Assembly (NCBI GenBank): GCA_020184695.1 | Contig: JAANOX010000037.1 | Coordinates: forward strand, 310,001 to 374,000 | DNA length: 64,000 nucleotides | Origin: Histomonas meleagridis 2922-C6/04-290x | Lineage: Eukaryota > Protista > Parabasalia | Reading direction: 5' to 3' | Part shown: piece after piece, positions 53,770-64,000 of the stretch | Numbering within the stretch: the stretch's first letter is position 1 | Layout: the number at the start of each line of letters is the position of its first letter | Made by a program: the position numbers and the translations under genes | Notes under the pieces: generated by a model | Database searches by the model: none | The model's input: the letters and a program-made list of their open reading frames with translations, nothing else | Told to the model about the DNA's origin: nothing

Positions 53770-54120
53770 CAGGAAGACCAATTTCCTGTAAAATTTTGCA
53801 ATGCTAACAAGTCTATACATTTTTCCTCGAATTCACGTTTTGTAGGGTATTATTTACTTGATACTCTGTCTTCAAGCCATTTTCTTACAATCCTTTATGT
53901 TAACATAATTGTTGGTCTGTCTACAGACGAATTGTTTTTTACTTCGGAAGTATATTGTCTTACTCTTGTAACGAGTCTTGGTGAGCATCGTGCTAATTGT
54001 GAAACGTTTACTTGTAAAAATGATTGATTTGAATTTAAGACTTTTTTGACGAAATCGGTAATTGTTAAATTATCTTCAATTCTATATTTGAAAGGAAATT
54101 TGTTATTGCAGTTTGAAGTT
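53770..54120 (-). mobile_element. Possible decayed pogo/CENP-B-like transposase N-terminal remnant
   Basis: Stop-interrupted translation ...QLARCSPRLVTRVR...RPTIMLT*RIVRKWLEDRVSSK*YPTKREFEEKCIDLL resembles HTH + CENP-B HTH spacing; by-eye match only. Confidence 0.3.
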
Positions 54121-54354
54121 CACACCCTAAAAACTCTGTGTAGTATTATTTTAGAACAAACAGTATTTAATTCTAAAACCCGTTAATCTGTGGTGATCAC
54201 GAAGCTCGAAACGAGTTGAAATTTCTTATATTGCATTCATGGACATATAGATGAATGTAAGGAATTTTGCATATTATATATCAAAAAAGACGTTAAAATA
54301 GCACTTTTTTATATCATTTTTCAAAAATTTACACAACGCAACTCTAAGTAATTT

Positions 54355-54714
54355 TTAGTTCTTTTTGGCTTCTTTAGCTTTTCTTTCATTGTTTTCTCTA
54401 TCCTCATCAATTATATTATCATTTTCATCATAGATAGAAATGTGTTCAATGTGTGGTTCGATTTCATCCCAATGTTCTATAAACCATTTAATCAAGACTC
54501 TTTTATCTCGTGATGCTTCTCTGTCAAGTTTTAGAGAAGTCTTAGAGCAAATAATCTGAGCAACGAGTTTTAGTTCTTTTTGTGTAATACCAGAGCTAAA
54601 TTTTTTCTTTATAGTTTTATATACTTCTGTTTCATAAACATCAGAAATACTGTCTTGGTTCAAGCGGCGGCGTGTCCTTTGTGCTTCAATGCCTTCACCA
54701 CGTTTTTTTTCCAT
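54355..54714 (-). CDS. Small parabasalid-type conserved hypothetical protein
   Basis: Motif KEL..VA..I......KLDREA.RDKRVLIKWF.EHW..I, recurrent in trichomonad small proteins as I recall them. ATG at 54714. Confidence 0.65.
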   Translation of the reverse strand: MEKKRGEGIEAQRTRRRLNQDSISDVYETEVYKTIKKKFSSGITQKELKLVAQIICSKTSLKLDREASRDKRVLIKWFIEHWDEIEPHIEHISIYDENDNIIDEDRENNERKAKEAKKN

Positions 54715-55005
54715 TTGGCGCAAAGCCAGAAACAATGCCACATTTTGTGTCGAAAAGTGCATTTTTTTACGTGTAAAGTACTCAAAAATTCGCGGTTTTG
54801 ACATTTACAAGTTACAATTTGTTCGCAAACTCAAGAAAAGCAAAATATTTTCTTGCTAAGTAGATAATAAAACCAGGCATAAGTTTGTTTTGAACTGTAT
54901 GGAAAAGAATTATAAAAATAACCTAAAAAAAAATTATAACTATACATGAATTTGAAAAAAAATAATAATGAGTAAAAAGAATGATTTCATATTGGTGACT
55001 TTCAT

Positions 55006-55323
55006 TTAATCAAAGAGGTCATCAAATCCACCCATCATTTCAACAACTTCTTCTTCTTCCTTCTTCTTCTCTTCTTCCTTATTTTCTTCAGTAGAAGCTG
55101 TGGCAGCGCCTCCAGATGGAGCAGCACCTCCAAGAGCTGTGCCCTTTACAAGTTCAGAGATATCATGGTTCTTGAAGTATTCAGCAAAAAGATCAACCCA
55201 GTATGATTCAAGTTTGACACCAGCTGCTGAGATGAGCTTGTTGATCTTATCGGATGTGATTTCGATTCCATCGTCGTTGAGGATGAGAGCTGCATATACA
55301 ACTGCGAGTTCTGGTGATGCCAT
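55006..55323 (-). CDS. RPLP1: 60S acidic ribosomal protein P1
   Basis: ELAVVYAALILNDDGIEITSDKI..L..AAGV..E.YW..LFA; acidic C-terminus EEEE...MGGFDDLFD. Confidence 0.95.
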   Translation of the reverse strand: MASPELAVVYAALILNDDGIEITSDKINKLISAAGVKLESYWVDLFAEYFKNHDISELVKGTALGGAAPSGGAATASTEENKEEEKKKEEEEVVEMMGGFDDLFD

Positions 55324-55331
55324 GTTTGAAA

Positions 55332-55351
55332 AAAGGCATGACCAAAACCGT
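55332..55351 (-). promoter_or_regulatory. M5-like CCTTT plus M3-like ACGGTT upstream of RPLP1
   Basis: Minus strand reads ACGGTTTTGGTCATGCCTTTTTTCAAACATG; same layout as at RPS13. Confidence 0.6.
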
Positions 55352-55686
55352 CATAAATGGAGGTTATAAACGGTTGCTGAAAATCGAAAGTTTTTTTCTG
55401 CTGAAAATGAACTTGAAATGCAATAAATAAAATATAAAAAGCAACATAATTGCAAGTAATCTATTCTCTTATCAAAGGTGATAGTTTTTTTCTTTTAAAT
55501 ATGATTAATTATTCAAAATGTTTTCAATATAACTTTAATAAACACATTACTATATTGATACATTAAAAAATATGCCTTGAGGCAACCTTAGTTTAACAAC
55601 AAAAATAGTAAAAATTAATTGTGTCTTGCAAAGACCATTATGGAAATTTTGAAAATGATTAGGTGAAATTCAATGCTTTACATAAA

Positions 55687-57021
55687 ATGTCATGGAACCA
55701 GCGAAAAGAACTTCTAGATCAAATTGAGCAGCTGGTTGAAGATCCACAATATCCATTGGATGATCTTCTCATGATGAAAGAAATCAAATTTGCCATAAAT
55801 CAACGAAAGCCAAAACTAATATATTTTTTATCAAATCATATTCTCGATTTATTTGACAGATCATTTTCTAACACTTATAGCGACGAAATCAAACAAACCA
55901 GTTTTTCTATTTTAGTTGGCAGTACCGATATAAAAAACAAAATATGTCATAGTACTGATTTTATACAATATTTTCTAAATTTTTACAAAGATGGTAATAC
56001 AAACAAAGATGAATTTTACATTACAATTCAAAACTTTGTTTCCAATTGTGGCATTATTTTCTTTCAAAATTTTCCAAATTGCAAATCTTACATGAAAGAA
56101 TTTTTAACAGATTTAAAGTATTCCACATGTTATGAATTTTTTGTATATTTATTTTCATGGAGGTATGATGAAGAAGTTCCTGATTTTTTAATGTCCATTG
56201 ATGTTGATGAAATGTTATACGAATTAATCAAATCGGCGGACACAATTATCTCATTACGTGCCATGAATTTACTTGTAGTGTTACTAATCGATGAACAATC
56301 CGGATCACCGATCATAACGAAACTTTCGAACATTGAACAAATCAAAGAAATATTTGAACTCGCGTTACGTTCGACGATTAATGAGTTTTCGGAGAGCGCG
56401 TTTAATTACATTATATTATTAAGTAATCAATGCGATGACAACGATGAAGAAGAAGAAGAAGAAAATAACGAAGAAGAAGAAAAAACGAAACGAATTAAAA
56501 CATATAAAAAATCGACGTTTCAAAAGATCATCGAATTATTGACACAAAACATTCAAGAACTATGTAATTATGTCCAAAAGGATCATTCATTCCAAGGGAA
56601 TAAAAGGTATGCAGTTGAACTAATAACAACTGTTATATCGATACAAGATAATATCGAACCATATATTTTGAATTTTGCCGATTTTTTATTGAGATTGTTT
56701 CTGGAATTAAAGACAAATAGTTTTTTGCATTTGTCTTATTTCGCTTTTTTTCAAACTATAACAAAAATTAAAAGCTTTAATGAGTATATCATAAAAAATG
56801 ATTATATGAACGTCATCTTAAATGTGCTAAAAAATAAGGATAATGTGTATGCATCTTATTGGGGACATATAACGCAAATTATAGAAATATTACGTCATAT
56901 ATTGAAAAAAGAAAAAGTAAAAACTTCGGATGAATGGAATAATATGATAAATGAGGAACTAATGCCAAAATTGAAGTTGTTGGCACAAAATGATATGCCA
57001 TATATACAGATTGTACAGTAA
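55687..57021 (+). CDS. SAPS (SIT4/PP6-associated)-like helical protein
   Basis: N-terminal LDDLL....I..AI....PKL..FL and late ASYWGHITQI resemble SAP/PP6R family motifs. Confidence 0.55.
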   Translation: MSWNQRKELLDQIEQLVEDPQYPLDDLLMMKEIKFAINQRKPKLIYFLSNHILDLFDRSFSNTYSDEIKQTSFSILVGSTDIKNKICHSTDFIQYFLNFYKDGNTNKDEFYITIQNFVSNCGIIFFQNFPNCKSYMKEFLTDLKYSTCYEFFVYLFSWRYDEEVPDFLMSIDVDEMLYELIKSADTIISLRAMNLLVVLLIDEQSGSPIITKLSNIEQIKEIFELALRSTINEFSESAFNYIILLSNQCDDNDEEEEEENNEEEEKTKRIKTYKKSTFQKIIELLTQNIQELCNYVQKDHSFQGNKRYAVELITTVISIQDNIEPYILNFADFLLRLFLELKTNSFLHLSYFAFFQTITKIKSFNEYIIKNDYMNVILNVLKNKDNVYASYWGHITQIIEILRHILKKEKVKTSDEWNNMINEELMPKLKLLAQNDMPYIQIVQ

Positions 57022-57490
57022 TGTTATATATATAGTTTATGACAAAATTGTTTGTTATGAATTGTCTTATTTAAATAAAAATTATATCAGTTTTATTGTT
57101 GGTTTTTATTAACCAGTAAAAATTTTGTACGAATTCACTCAGACAATTCGAGTTGCACATGTATATAAACATTTTTCGTTTTGATTTTTTAATGACATTC
57201 TAACAAGAATTCTTATGAATATCTCATTAAAAGCACGAGATGTGTATAATGTATTTTGATTTCCATTTGAAAAGCAACCTAATATACATACTGTCCTTCC
57301 TAAATTTTTGTTATCTATCCCTTTGTAAATGTTTTACAATTTTCTTCTTTTAATCAGCACAATAACCAAGATGTCCATCTTTATTGAAAATTGAAAGTAT
57401 AGTGAAATTTGAATGCTTTTTGAGAGCGCTGTCAATTTCTCCTTCCATTCAATTTAAGTGGCCGAGCATTTATCTCAATTCACTTTATTG

Positions 57491-58309
57491 ATGTCTGGTG
57501 AAAAAATATATATTACAGAAGACCAGCTAGTTTATAAAATCATCAAGGTTGAAGGTACAGGTGAACAACCTAAAAAAGGTCAAACAGTCCGTGTTCATTA
57601 TACAGGTACACTTGAAAGCGATGGTAAAAAGTTTGATTCATCAAGAGATAGAAATGAACCATTCGAATTCAAAATCGGTTCTGGTGTTATTGAAGGTTGG
57701 AGCCTTGGTGTTGCAACAATGAAAGTTGGTGAAAGATCCGAATTTCATATTGCTGCTAAGTATGGTTATGGTGATGCTGGTTCTCCTCCAGATATACCAG
57801 GAGGTGCCACATTAGTTTTTGATATTGAACTTTTATCAATTCCAATTACATATGATACAAAAGAACAAGCTCTTGAAGCAGCAAACAAATTCTGCGATAA
57901 GGCTACTGAGTTCTTCCGTGGAGGAAAATTCGAAGAAGCAATTGCTGAATATAAAAATGCACTTGATGCTGTTTCAAAGAAATATGGTGAAGACATCAAC
58001 AAGATGAATACACGTGTTCAACGTAACTTATCTATTGCATATTATAGGGTTCAAAACTGGAAAGAATCCCTAAATTACGCAGAAAAAGTTTTGAAAACAG
58101 ATGCTAATGATGTCAAAGCATTACTTCGAAAAACAGAAGCACTCATTAATCTTGGAAATACAGAAGAAGCACGTAAAACTCTCGATAAAGGACTTGCTGT
58201 TACAAAGAATGATCCTGCATTCAAAAGTATGATCCCTAAGCTTGAAGCAGCAGAAAAGAAAGAACGTGCCAGAGAGAATGAGCTTTTCAAGAAAATGATG
58301 AGTAAATAA
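57491..58309 (+). CDS. FKBP-type peptidyl-prolyl isomerase with TPR domain
   Basis: [38 protein letters not shown]...YGYG..GSPP.IP..ATL.F..EL followed by three TPRs. Confidence 0.93.
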   Translation: MSGEKIYITEDQLVYKIIKVEGTGEQPKKGQTVRVHYTGTLESDGKKFDSSRDRNEPFEFKIGSGVIEGWSLGVATMKVGERSEFHIAAKYGYGDAGSPPDIPGGATLVFDIELLSIPITYDTKEQALEAANKFCDKATEFFRGGKFEEAIAEYKNALDAVSKKYGEDINKMNTRVQRNLSIAYYRVQNWKESLNYAEKVLKTDANDVKALLRKTEALINLGNTEEARKTLDKGLAVTKNDPAFKSMIPKLEAAEKKERARENELFKKMMSK

Positions 58310-58405
58310 AATCGAAACTTTGTGAAACTTAAATTTTTCTTTTTAACGGTGGACATTATTAAACGTATTTTGATTTTTGTGATTTAAAATCTTAAAATTT
58401 GTTTT

Positions 58406-61400
58406 ATGTCTGATTCGAGTAGTTTCATCACTGAATCAGATGATAGTAAAAGTACATATCGAAAGGAGATTCCACAGCCTATCGAACAAAATATTGATGT
58501 ACCAATTACACCAATAATGTCAACACAATTTCCACCATTTTCATATTTTTTTGTTGTTATTACTAAAGCAATTAATCTCCATGGGTGTTCCAAGCAAACG
58601 CTTTATTTATTAATTCGTACACATCCAAAAGTTAGGCCTATAATGACACCAAATGCTTGGTGTGATGAATCAGAAGTCATTTTTAATTGCGGATATTCTC
58701 TAGATTTTACCAGTTTAAGCAATTTTTCACTTGGTGATTTTACGCCAGTTGTCGAATTATATTCTCGTTTATCAACAAAAAAGTCACAACTTATTGGAAT
58801 CTCATTTCTTCCATTAAAAGTACTTAAAACAATTACTGTATATGACAAACCACTTACATTTATTTATTATAACACGCCAATTGAATTGAAAGATGTTTCC
58901 ACATTACGAACTATAGGCACAATATATTCCACAATAGCATTTGGTGAATATGAACATCAAAATCTTCTTGATCCTAATTCGCCAGCCTTTTCTAAGATTA
59001 ATCTTTTTGATCACAAAATTATATCTCGCAATGAATCATCATCAGATTATTCTTCAAGTGAATATGATAGCGATTATTCATACAGTGATTATAGTGATGA
59101 TGAAGATTGGATATTAATTGCGAAGAAGAAAGGATGGTATAAACCAGGATCAAGTGGAAGATGGAAAGAACATGCATTATCTAAAGGATGGACAGCTCCG
59201 AATTTAACAAGTTTTTATACAGTTGGAATAGAATGTGATATCGAAGGAATAAATTCACGTGCGAATAATTCGGTTCAAGTTGATTTAGACTTAAATGATA
59301 TCAATGATTATTTAAATGAATTCGAAGATACTTCACAACAAATTGAAATAGTTAAAGAAGATATAAATAATTTGTTTTCAAACCATTCATTACAAATTGA
59401 AGAACAAAATATTTTTTCGTCTGATTCACTTAAATCTAAAACTAAAAAGTTTTCGTTAAAGAAATTTATTATATTTTCTACTGAAAATGATAATGGGAAA
59501 AATGATAAAACATATTCTTTTAGTTCATACAATGAAATTAATATTATTAAAGATGAAAATAATCATAAAAAAGAAGAAAACATTAAAATTTATTCAGTAA
59601 GTTCCGACAATAGAACAGAATTAAAAATATTAATTTCAAATGATGAAAATGAGATTTCAAATCATGAAGAAGATGATAATGATTCAAATACACTCGATGA
59701 AGTTTTAAGCATTGAAGAACTTAGTTTTTCTGATTCATTTACATTTGGCTTTAAGAAACAATTTCTTTCAAGTGATAAATCCGATTCTTCTTCAAAAGAA
59801 AATATTAGAAATAATTCAGAAAAGTCAAAGCAAAATAACAAAAAGTCTAAGTCGGAAAGTGATAGCGGAAGTGTTCTTGATATCACAAACATTGCGGAAT
59901 TTGACTCTTCCGAAATTTCGATGCGAAATAAAACTTCGAAACATGATTCAACAATTGGCTCTAAAAATGAAGAAGCGAAAAGTGATAAAAACAACGAAAA
60001 AACTGAATTAGAGAAAGTAAGTGACATCAGTTCATCGGAATTTACTAAAAGTCCCGATAAATCTTCAACGAAAAATAATACAATTCAAAATTCGGAAAGT
60101 ATTAAATTATCTGTTACTTCGAATGCTGACAAAAGTATTAACAAAGAACTTTCAAATGATTCAAACAATGATAAAGTAAATGAAAATAATAAAAATTCGG
60201 AAAGAATAAAATTATCGATAAGCAATGATAAAAATGAATTGTCAAATGATCCAATTAAATATGAAAATAATAAAACTTCAGATGAAATAAAAATATCTGT
60301 TTCAACGGATAATGATAAAAATAATAAAAAAGAATTGTCAAATGATCCAATTAAATATGAAATCAGCAAAATAGAAAAAGAAAACCAAAAAGTTTCGGAT
60401 ATTTCTAAAATATCCACAGTTACCACAAGTAAAAGTAACAGTAAATCTTCGAATGATCCAATTAAATATGAAATTAGTAAAATAGAAAAAGAAGATCACA
60501 AAGTTTCAGATGAAATAAAAATATCTGTCTCATTAGACAATGAAAACAGTAATAAAAAAGAATTGTCAAATGATCCAATTAAATATGAAATCAGTAAAAT
60601 AGAAAAAGAAAACCAAAAAATTTCGGATATCTCCAAAATATCCACTGTTACCACAAGCAAAAGTAACAGTAAATCATCGAATGATCCAATTAAATATGAA
60701 ATCAGTAAAATAGAAAAAGAAAACCAAAAAATTTCGGATATCTCCAAAATATCCACTGTTACCACAAGTAAAAGTAACAGTAAATCTTCGAATGATCCAA
60801 TTAAATATGAAATTAGTAAAATAGAAAACACAGAAAAAGAAAACCAAAAAAATACCGAAAATCAACAAATTTCAGATCCAATCATAAATGGAACATTTGA
60901 TAGTTATTTATCTGATAGTTTAAATGATATTTTAAGTATTTCATCCAAACACTCTAAAAATTCCGATTCCAATTCATTCACTAATCAAAAAGAAAATGAA
61001 AATAGTAATTCGAGCATTTTAAATTCAAGAAAAACACTCAACAAAAGCAATAAAACAAATGAATCATATGTAACTGAAATAAAGTCATTAAGTGAAGAAA
61101 GTAATAGTATTTCTTCATTCGAATCATCTATTAGTGGGAAAACTGATTTAGACTTTAATAAAATTATACCAAACGAAAATGATAAGAAAAGAAAACAAAA
61201 ATCAGAAAAACTTCGCAAAGAATTTAAATCGTTAAGTGACGAAATCCTAAAAATTTCATTGGAATCAGATAAAAATAACAAAACTTCAGAAAATAAAACA
61301 CCAAATTTGTCAATAGACTCTTCTTCTGATATCAGTGTTTCAAGTGATTTCGCAGATGGAGAAATTAAGCCAATTGAGCCGCTGGATGACATAGATGAAA

Positions 61401-61483
61401 TATCTTTGCACGCAATCAATTTGAGTAATATGAAGTCAAATTCAGAAAGTGAATCAGAATCTTATGACCCAAATGTATTTTAG
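58406..61483 (+). CDS. Hypothetical protein: N-terminal C2-like domain and long S/K/N/E-rich low-complexity tail
   Basis: Beta-rich N-terminus (YFFVVITKAINLH...LYLLIR...VVELYSR...LIG.SFLPL), then about 750 aa of disordered composition. Confidence 0.7.
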   Translation: MSDSSSFITESDDSKSTYRKEIPQPIEQNIDVPITPIMSTQFPPFSYFFVVITKAINLHGCSKQTLYLLIRTHPKVRPIMTPNAWCDESEVIFNCGYSLDFTSLSNFSLGDFTPVVELYSRLSTKKSQLIGISFLPLKVLKTITVYDKPLTFIYYNTPIELKDVSTLRTIGTIYSTIAFGEYEHQNLLDPNSPAFSKINLFDHKIISRNESSSDYSSSEYDSDYSYSDYSDDEDWILIAKKKGWYKPGSSGRWKEHALSKGWTAPNLTSFYTVGIECDIEGINSRANNSVQVDLDLNDINDYLNEFEDTSQQIEIVKEDINNLFSNHSLQIEEQNIFSSDSLKSKTKKFSLKKFIIFSTENDNGKNDKTYSFSSYNEINIIKDENNHKKEENIKIYSVSSDNRTELKILISNDENEISNHEEDDNDSNTLDEVLSIEELSFSDSFTFGFKKQFLSSDKSDSSSKENIRNNSEKSKQNNKKSKSESDSGSVLDITNIAEFDSSEISMRNKTSKHDSTIGSKNEEAKSDKNNEKTELEKVSDISSSEFTKSPDKSSTKNNTIQNSESIKLSVTSNADKSINKELSNDSNNDKVNENNKNSERIKLSISNDKNELSNDPIKYENNKTSDEIKISVSTDNDKNNKKELSNDPIKYEISKIEKENQKVSDISKISTVTTSKSNSKSSNDPIKYEISKIEKEDHKVSDEIKISVSLDNENSNKKELSNDPIKYEISKIEKENQKISDISKISTVTTSKSNSKSSNDPIKYEISKIEKENQKISDISKISTVTTSKSNSKSSNDPIKYEISKIENTEKENQKNTENQQISDPIINGTFDSYLSDSLNDILSISSKHSKNSDSNSFTNQKENENSNSSILNSRKTLNKSNKTNESYVTEIKSLSEESNSISSFESSISGKTDLDFNKIIPNENDKKRKQKSEKLRKEFKSLSDEILKISLESDKNNKTSENKTPNLSIDSSSDISVSSDFADGEIKPIEPLDDIDEISLHAINLSNMKSNSESESESYDPNVF
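60240..60830 (+). repeat. In-frame tandem repeat, ~111-117-nt units, six SNDPIKYE motifs with two alternating linker types
   Basis: AATGATCCAATTAAATATGAA occurs six times; linkers are SDISKISTVTTSKSNSKS or SDEIKISVS.DN...KKEL. Confidence 0.9.
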
Positions 61484-61907
61484 AAATAATTTCCGCAGCA
61501 CATGTTATAAAAAGTTTATATGTAAATAAATTATTTTATATTTTTTTCTTCTTATGTTAATATTTGCTATCGTATTTTTTAAAAGAATGTTTTCTTCTTT
61601 TATAATGATTAACCAAATTTCAAATTTTGTTATGATATATAGCTCTTCCTTAATGGTTACCAATGATGATGAATCCCTTTCTAACTTTGTTATTAGATCA
61701 TGGATAAGATCTACTATGTTGCAAAAAATACTACAATATTCAATGTTCAAAAAACAATATTGTTATACCCTACGTTAGTCTATGGATCACCTCTCATATG
61801 ACGATCAAATTGTTCTGAAAATAATATTAATAAAAAGTGCAGATTGGGGTGCTCCAGTGTCTCTGGAAATGGGGCATACCAAATAGCTTAAGAATTGTTT
61901 CTCATAA

Positions 61908-62789
61908 ATGGCAACAAAAAATATTGATTCCCGACGTGACATTTGGGGCGCTCTTATAAGTGAGTCAACTGACGATAAAGTAGCCATTCTTTCAAATGAA
62001 AAACAATTTTTATTTATTGGAAGTGAAAAGTGTGGAAAATCTTCAATACAAAATGCATTTTTTAATAGAAGCGATGAACCAAATCCAACACTTGCATTGT
62101 CATACCAAAGTGCCACACTTCAATCTCAAGAATTGACTAAGATTCTTCATTTTTGGGAACTAGGCGGTGGAAGCAAACTAGAGCCTATCTTGGACACTAT
62201 AGTAACAGAAGAAAACCAGCTCAATTTTGTAATATTTATTTGTTTCGACATTTCAAAAAACTTGTCAATACTCGAAGCAACAGAGTGGCTCCCTAAAATC
62301 ATGCGCAGATTTAAAAAAGGTTATTCAAGCGCCTTTTTAATTGGAACTCACTATGAAGATTTTGAAAACAAAGATCCATCCAGCAAAGGCAAGATAATTT
62401 CTGGTCTTAGGTCGCTTGCATATCAGTATGGCACTGGACTCATATTATTTTCCAACAAAAATGATTTTCTCATATCAAGATTTAAAAAACTTATCAAGTC
62501 TCTTGTTTTACCTGACGTCAAAAGGCCAGACCCAGTTACAACGCATACAGGACCCACACTTATTTACCAAGACAATGACGACGAAGCGCCAGGAACCGAA
62601 GTTGCAGGGCAATTTTTGGCCTCATTGAAAATTGAATCAGATAAAGAAAAAAGTGACAACCCGAAAACCGTCGACCTTCGAGTTGATGATGAAGTTTTTG
62701 CGGAAGAAGAAATTGATAAACTTGTTCAAACTAATGAAAAAGAGCTTGACGAAAAAATTAAGCTTCTTCAAGCAAGTATAAATGATTGA
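61908..62789 (+). CDS. DYNC2LI1: Cytoplasmic dynein-2 light intermediate chain-like
   Basis: FIGSEKCGKSS, P.PTLAL.Y, HFWELGGG, LIG..Y..F, LR..AY.YG..L. Confidence 0.75.
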   Translation: MATKNIDSRRDIWGALISESTDDKVAILSNEKQFLFIGSEKCGKSSIQNAFFNRSDEPNPTLALSYQSATLQSQELTKILHFWELGGGSKLEPILDTIVTEENQLNFVIFICFDISKNLSILEATEWLPKIMRRFKKGYSSAFLIGTHYEDFENKDPSSKGKIISGLRSLAYQYGTGLILFSNKNDFLISRFKKLIKSLVLPDVKRPDPVTTHTGPTLIYQDNDDEAPGTEVAGQFLASLKIESDKEKSDNPKTVDLRVDDEVFAEEEIDKLVQTNEKELDEKIKLLQASIND

Positions 62790-63551
62790 TATTTCTTGCG
62801 AATAGTTGAATATTCAAAATTTTCATCTGAACATCAATAAATTGAAGATTTGTACATTCTAAAAATGGATTTCCAATTGAAGTAACAGAACTTGGTATAT
62901 AAATATTCACAAGGTTTGAACATCCTCTGAATGCATCAGATCCAATACTTCGTACTCCACATCTAAATTTTTTGTTTCAAGTCCTGTACATTTGTAAAAT
63001 GCGTTACCACCAATGCTATTACAACGAATTGTAACATTAATTAATGAAATACTTCATAAAATGCGCCATCTCCAATTTCACTCATTAATTTTTCTGGAAA
63101 TTGTACATATTTTATTTTTTTGCATGATGCAAATGCTCCACTATTTATAGTTTCAACTGACTCTCCAATTATTAGTGATGTTAATAAAGGCCATTCTCTG
63201 AACACATTACTTTCAAGCTCTCCAACATTAATAATTATAACACGTTCTGTAACATTCATATAATCTTTTAAAAAATCATTGAAATTAGATATTGTGAGAG
63301 TTTTGTCTCTTCGTCATATGATTGCTTTGTATTAACAAAAAATATAATTAATAAAATTGGAATAACTTCGTTTTTTTGATGAATGCTTTTCTGATTAAAA
63401 TAAATTTTGAAAAATAAAGTAAAAACAAAAAATATAAATACGAACAAAGTTGTATTTGCATATGCGGAAGTAATAACTGCATTAAATATCTTTGGTATAT
63501 TTTTAAGAATATTATTGTTAAAATTCATTGATAAATAACATTGATAACTTT
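62790..63551 (-). pseudogene. Frameshifted BspA-like LRR pseudogene
   Basis: LRR segments (IGESVETINSGAFASC, IGGNAFYKCTGL, IGSDAFRGCSNL.NIYIPSSVTSIGNPF) separated by several ~1-nt indels; truncated at D2LIC. Confidence 0.75.
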
Positions 63552-63568
63552 CATTAAAATGATATGTA

Positions 63569-64000
63569 TAGGGGGTGGAAAAAGTCCGTTCGTCAGCTGA
63601 TTTATATTAGATATTAATGAAATCAAATTATATAAATAAAATTTATAATAAATATATTATCATTATTATGATAATACTTTTTTCCAAGTAAATATGATGC
63701 ATGAAGTAAAACTACTTTTTTTCATGATACCCTCGAAAAAGAACGTTTAATCATTTAAATGTCAGTTCCAATTGAGGAATTACGTTCTGTTGTCCATTTT
63801 CTTTAGTTAGAATCAAATGAAAATCAAGACATATATAGGCGATTATGTGCTGTATATGGTGATAATATTATTACACTTCGAACAGTTCAGAAATGGACAA
63901 AAAAGATGAATGAACATACCTTCTCAATTTTCGAACAGAAAAAAACAGGGAGACCAAGAAGATCAGATTTAGATCAAAGAATAACCAGTTTTATATTAAG
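63569..64000 (+). mobile_element. Left end of a mariner (Tc1/mariner) transposon with inactivated transposase; runs off the window
   Basis: TA followed by TIR-like TAGGGGGTGGAAAAAGTCCG. ATG 63759 starts MSVPIEELRSVVHFL*LESNENQDIYRRLCAVYGDNIITLRTVQKW...F...TGRP, a Mos1-type double HTH; TAG at 63804-63806. Confidence 0.8.

Noticed and set aside
869-62628. Numerous short antisense or overlapping ORFs in the track (e.g. 869-1120, 21404-21634, 45997-46503, 59662-60027)
   Set aside because: They are shadows of real genes on the opposite strand or in another frame and have no recognisable motifs.
1-64000. tRNA, rRNA, CRISPR arrays
   Set aside because: None seen; the 170-nt periodic array is coding ankyrin sequence, not repeat-spacer CRISPR.

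Overview
AT-rich, gene-dense eukaryotic DNA, almost certainly from a parabasalid protist (Tritrichomonas/Histomonas-like). This is inferred from BspA-type LRR surface proteins, DUF3447-type ankyrin genes, Inr/M3/M5-like core promoters and 23-24-nt GT-AG mini-introns. It holds about 35 protein genes, including TOR, UPF1, FEN1, VPS11, Cdt2-like WD40, PPP phosphatase, Rabs, ARL3, RPS13, RPLP1, DPM1, NAA40, D2LIC, TMEM231, UGPase and bacterial-type aldo-keto reductase and nitroreductase. It also holds several decayed pseudogenes and the left end of a mariner element at the right edge. Main discovery: two unrelated ankyrin genes (1715-4135 minus; 19644-20819 plus) are interrupted by 36 AT-rich elements of exactly 17 nt (typically RTTT...ATTT, never GT...AG). 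The elements sit between codons of the ankyrin D-x-x-G-x-T loop and separate coding pieces as small as one codon. Removing exactly 17 nt at each site restores the reading frame and textbook ankyrin repeats. This points to a non-canonical intron or recoding system with 3-nt micro-exons that I do not recognise from the literature. The mechanism is unknown and needs RNA and protein data.
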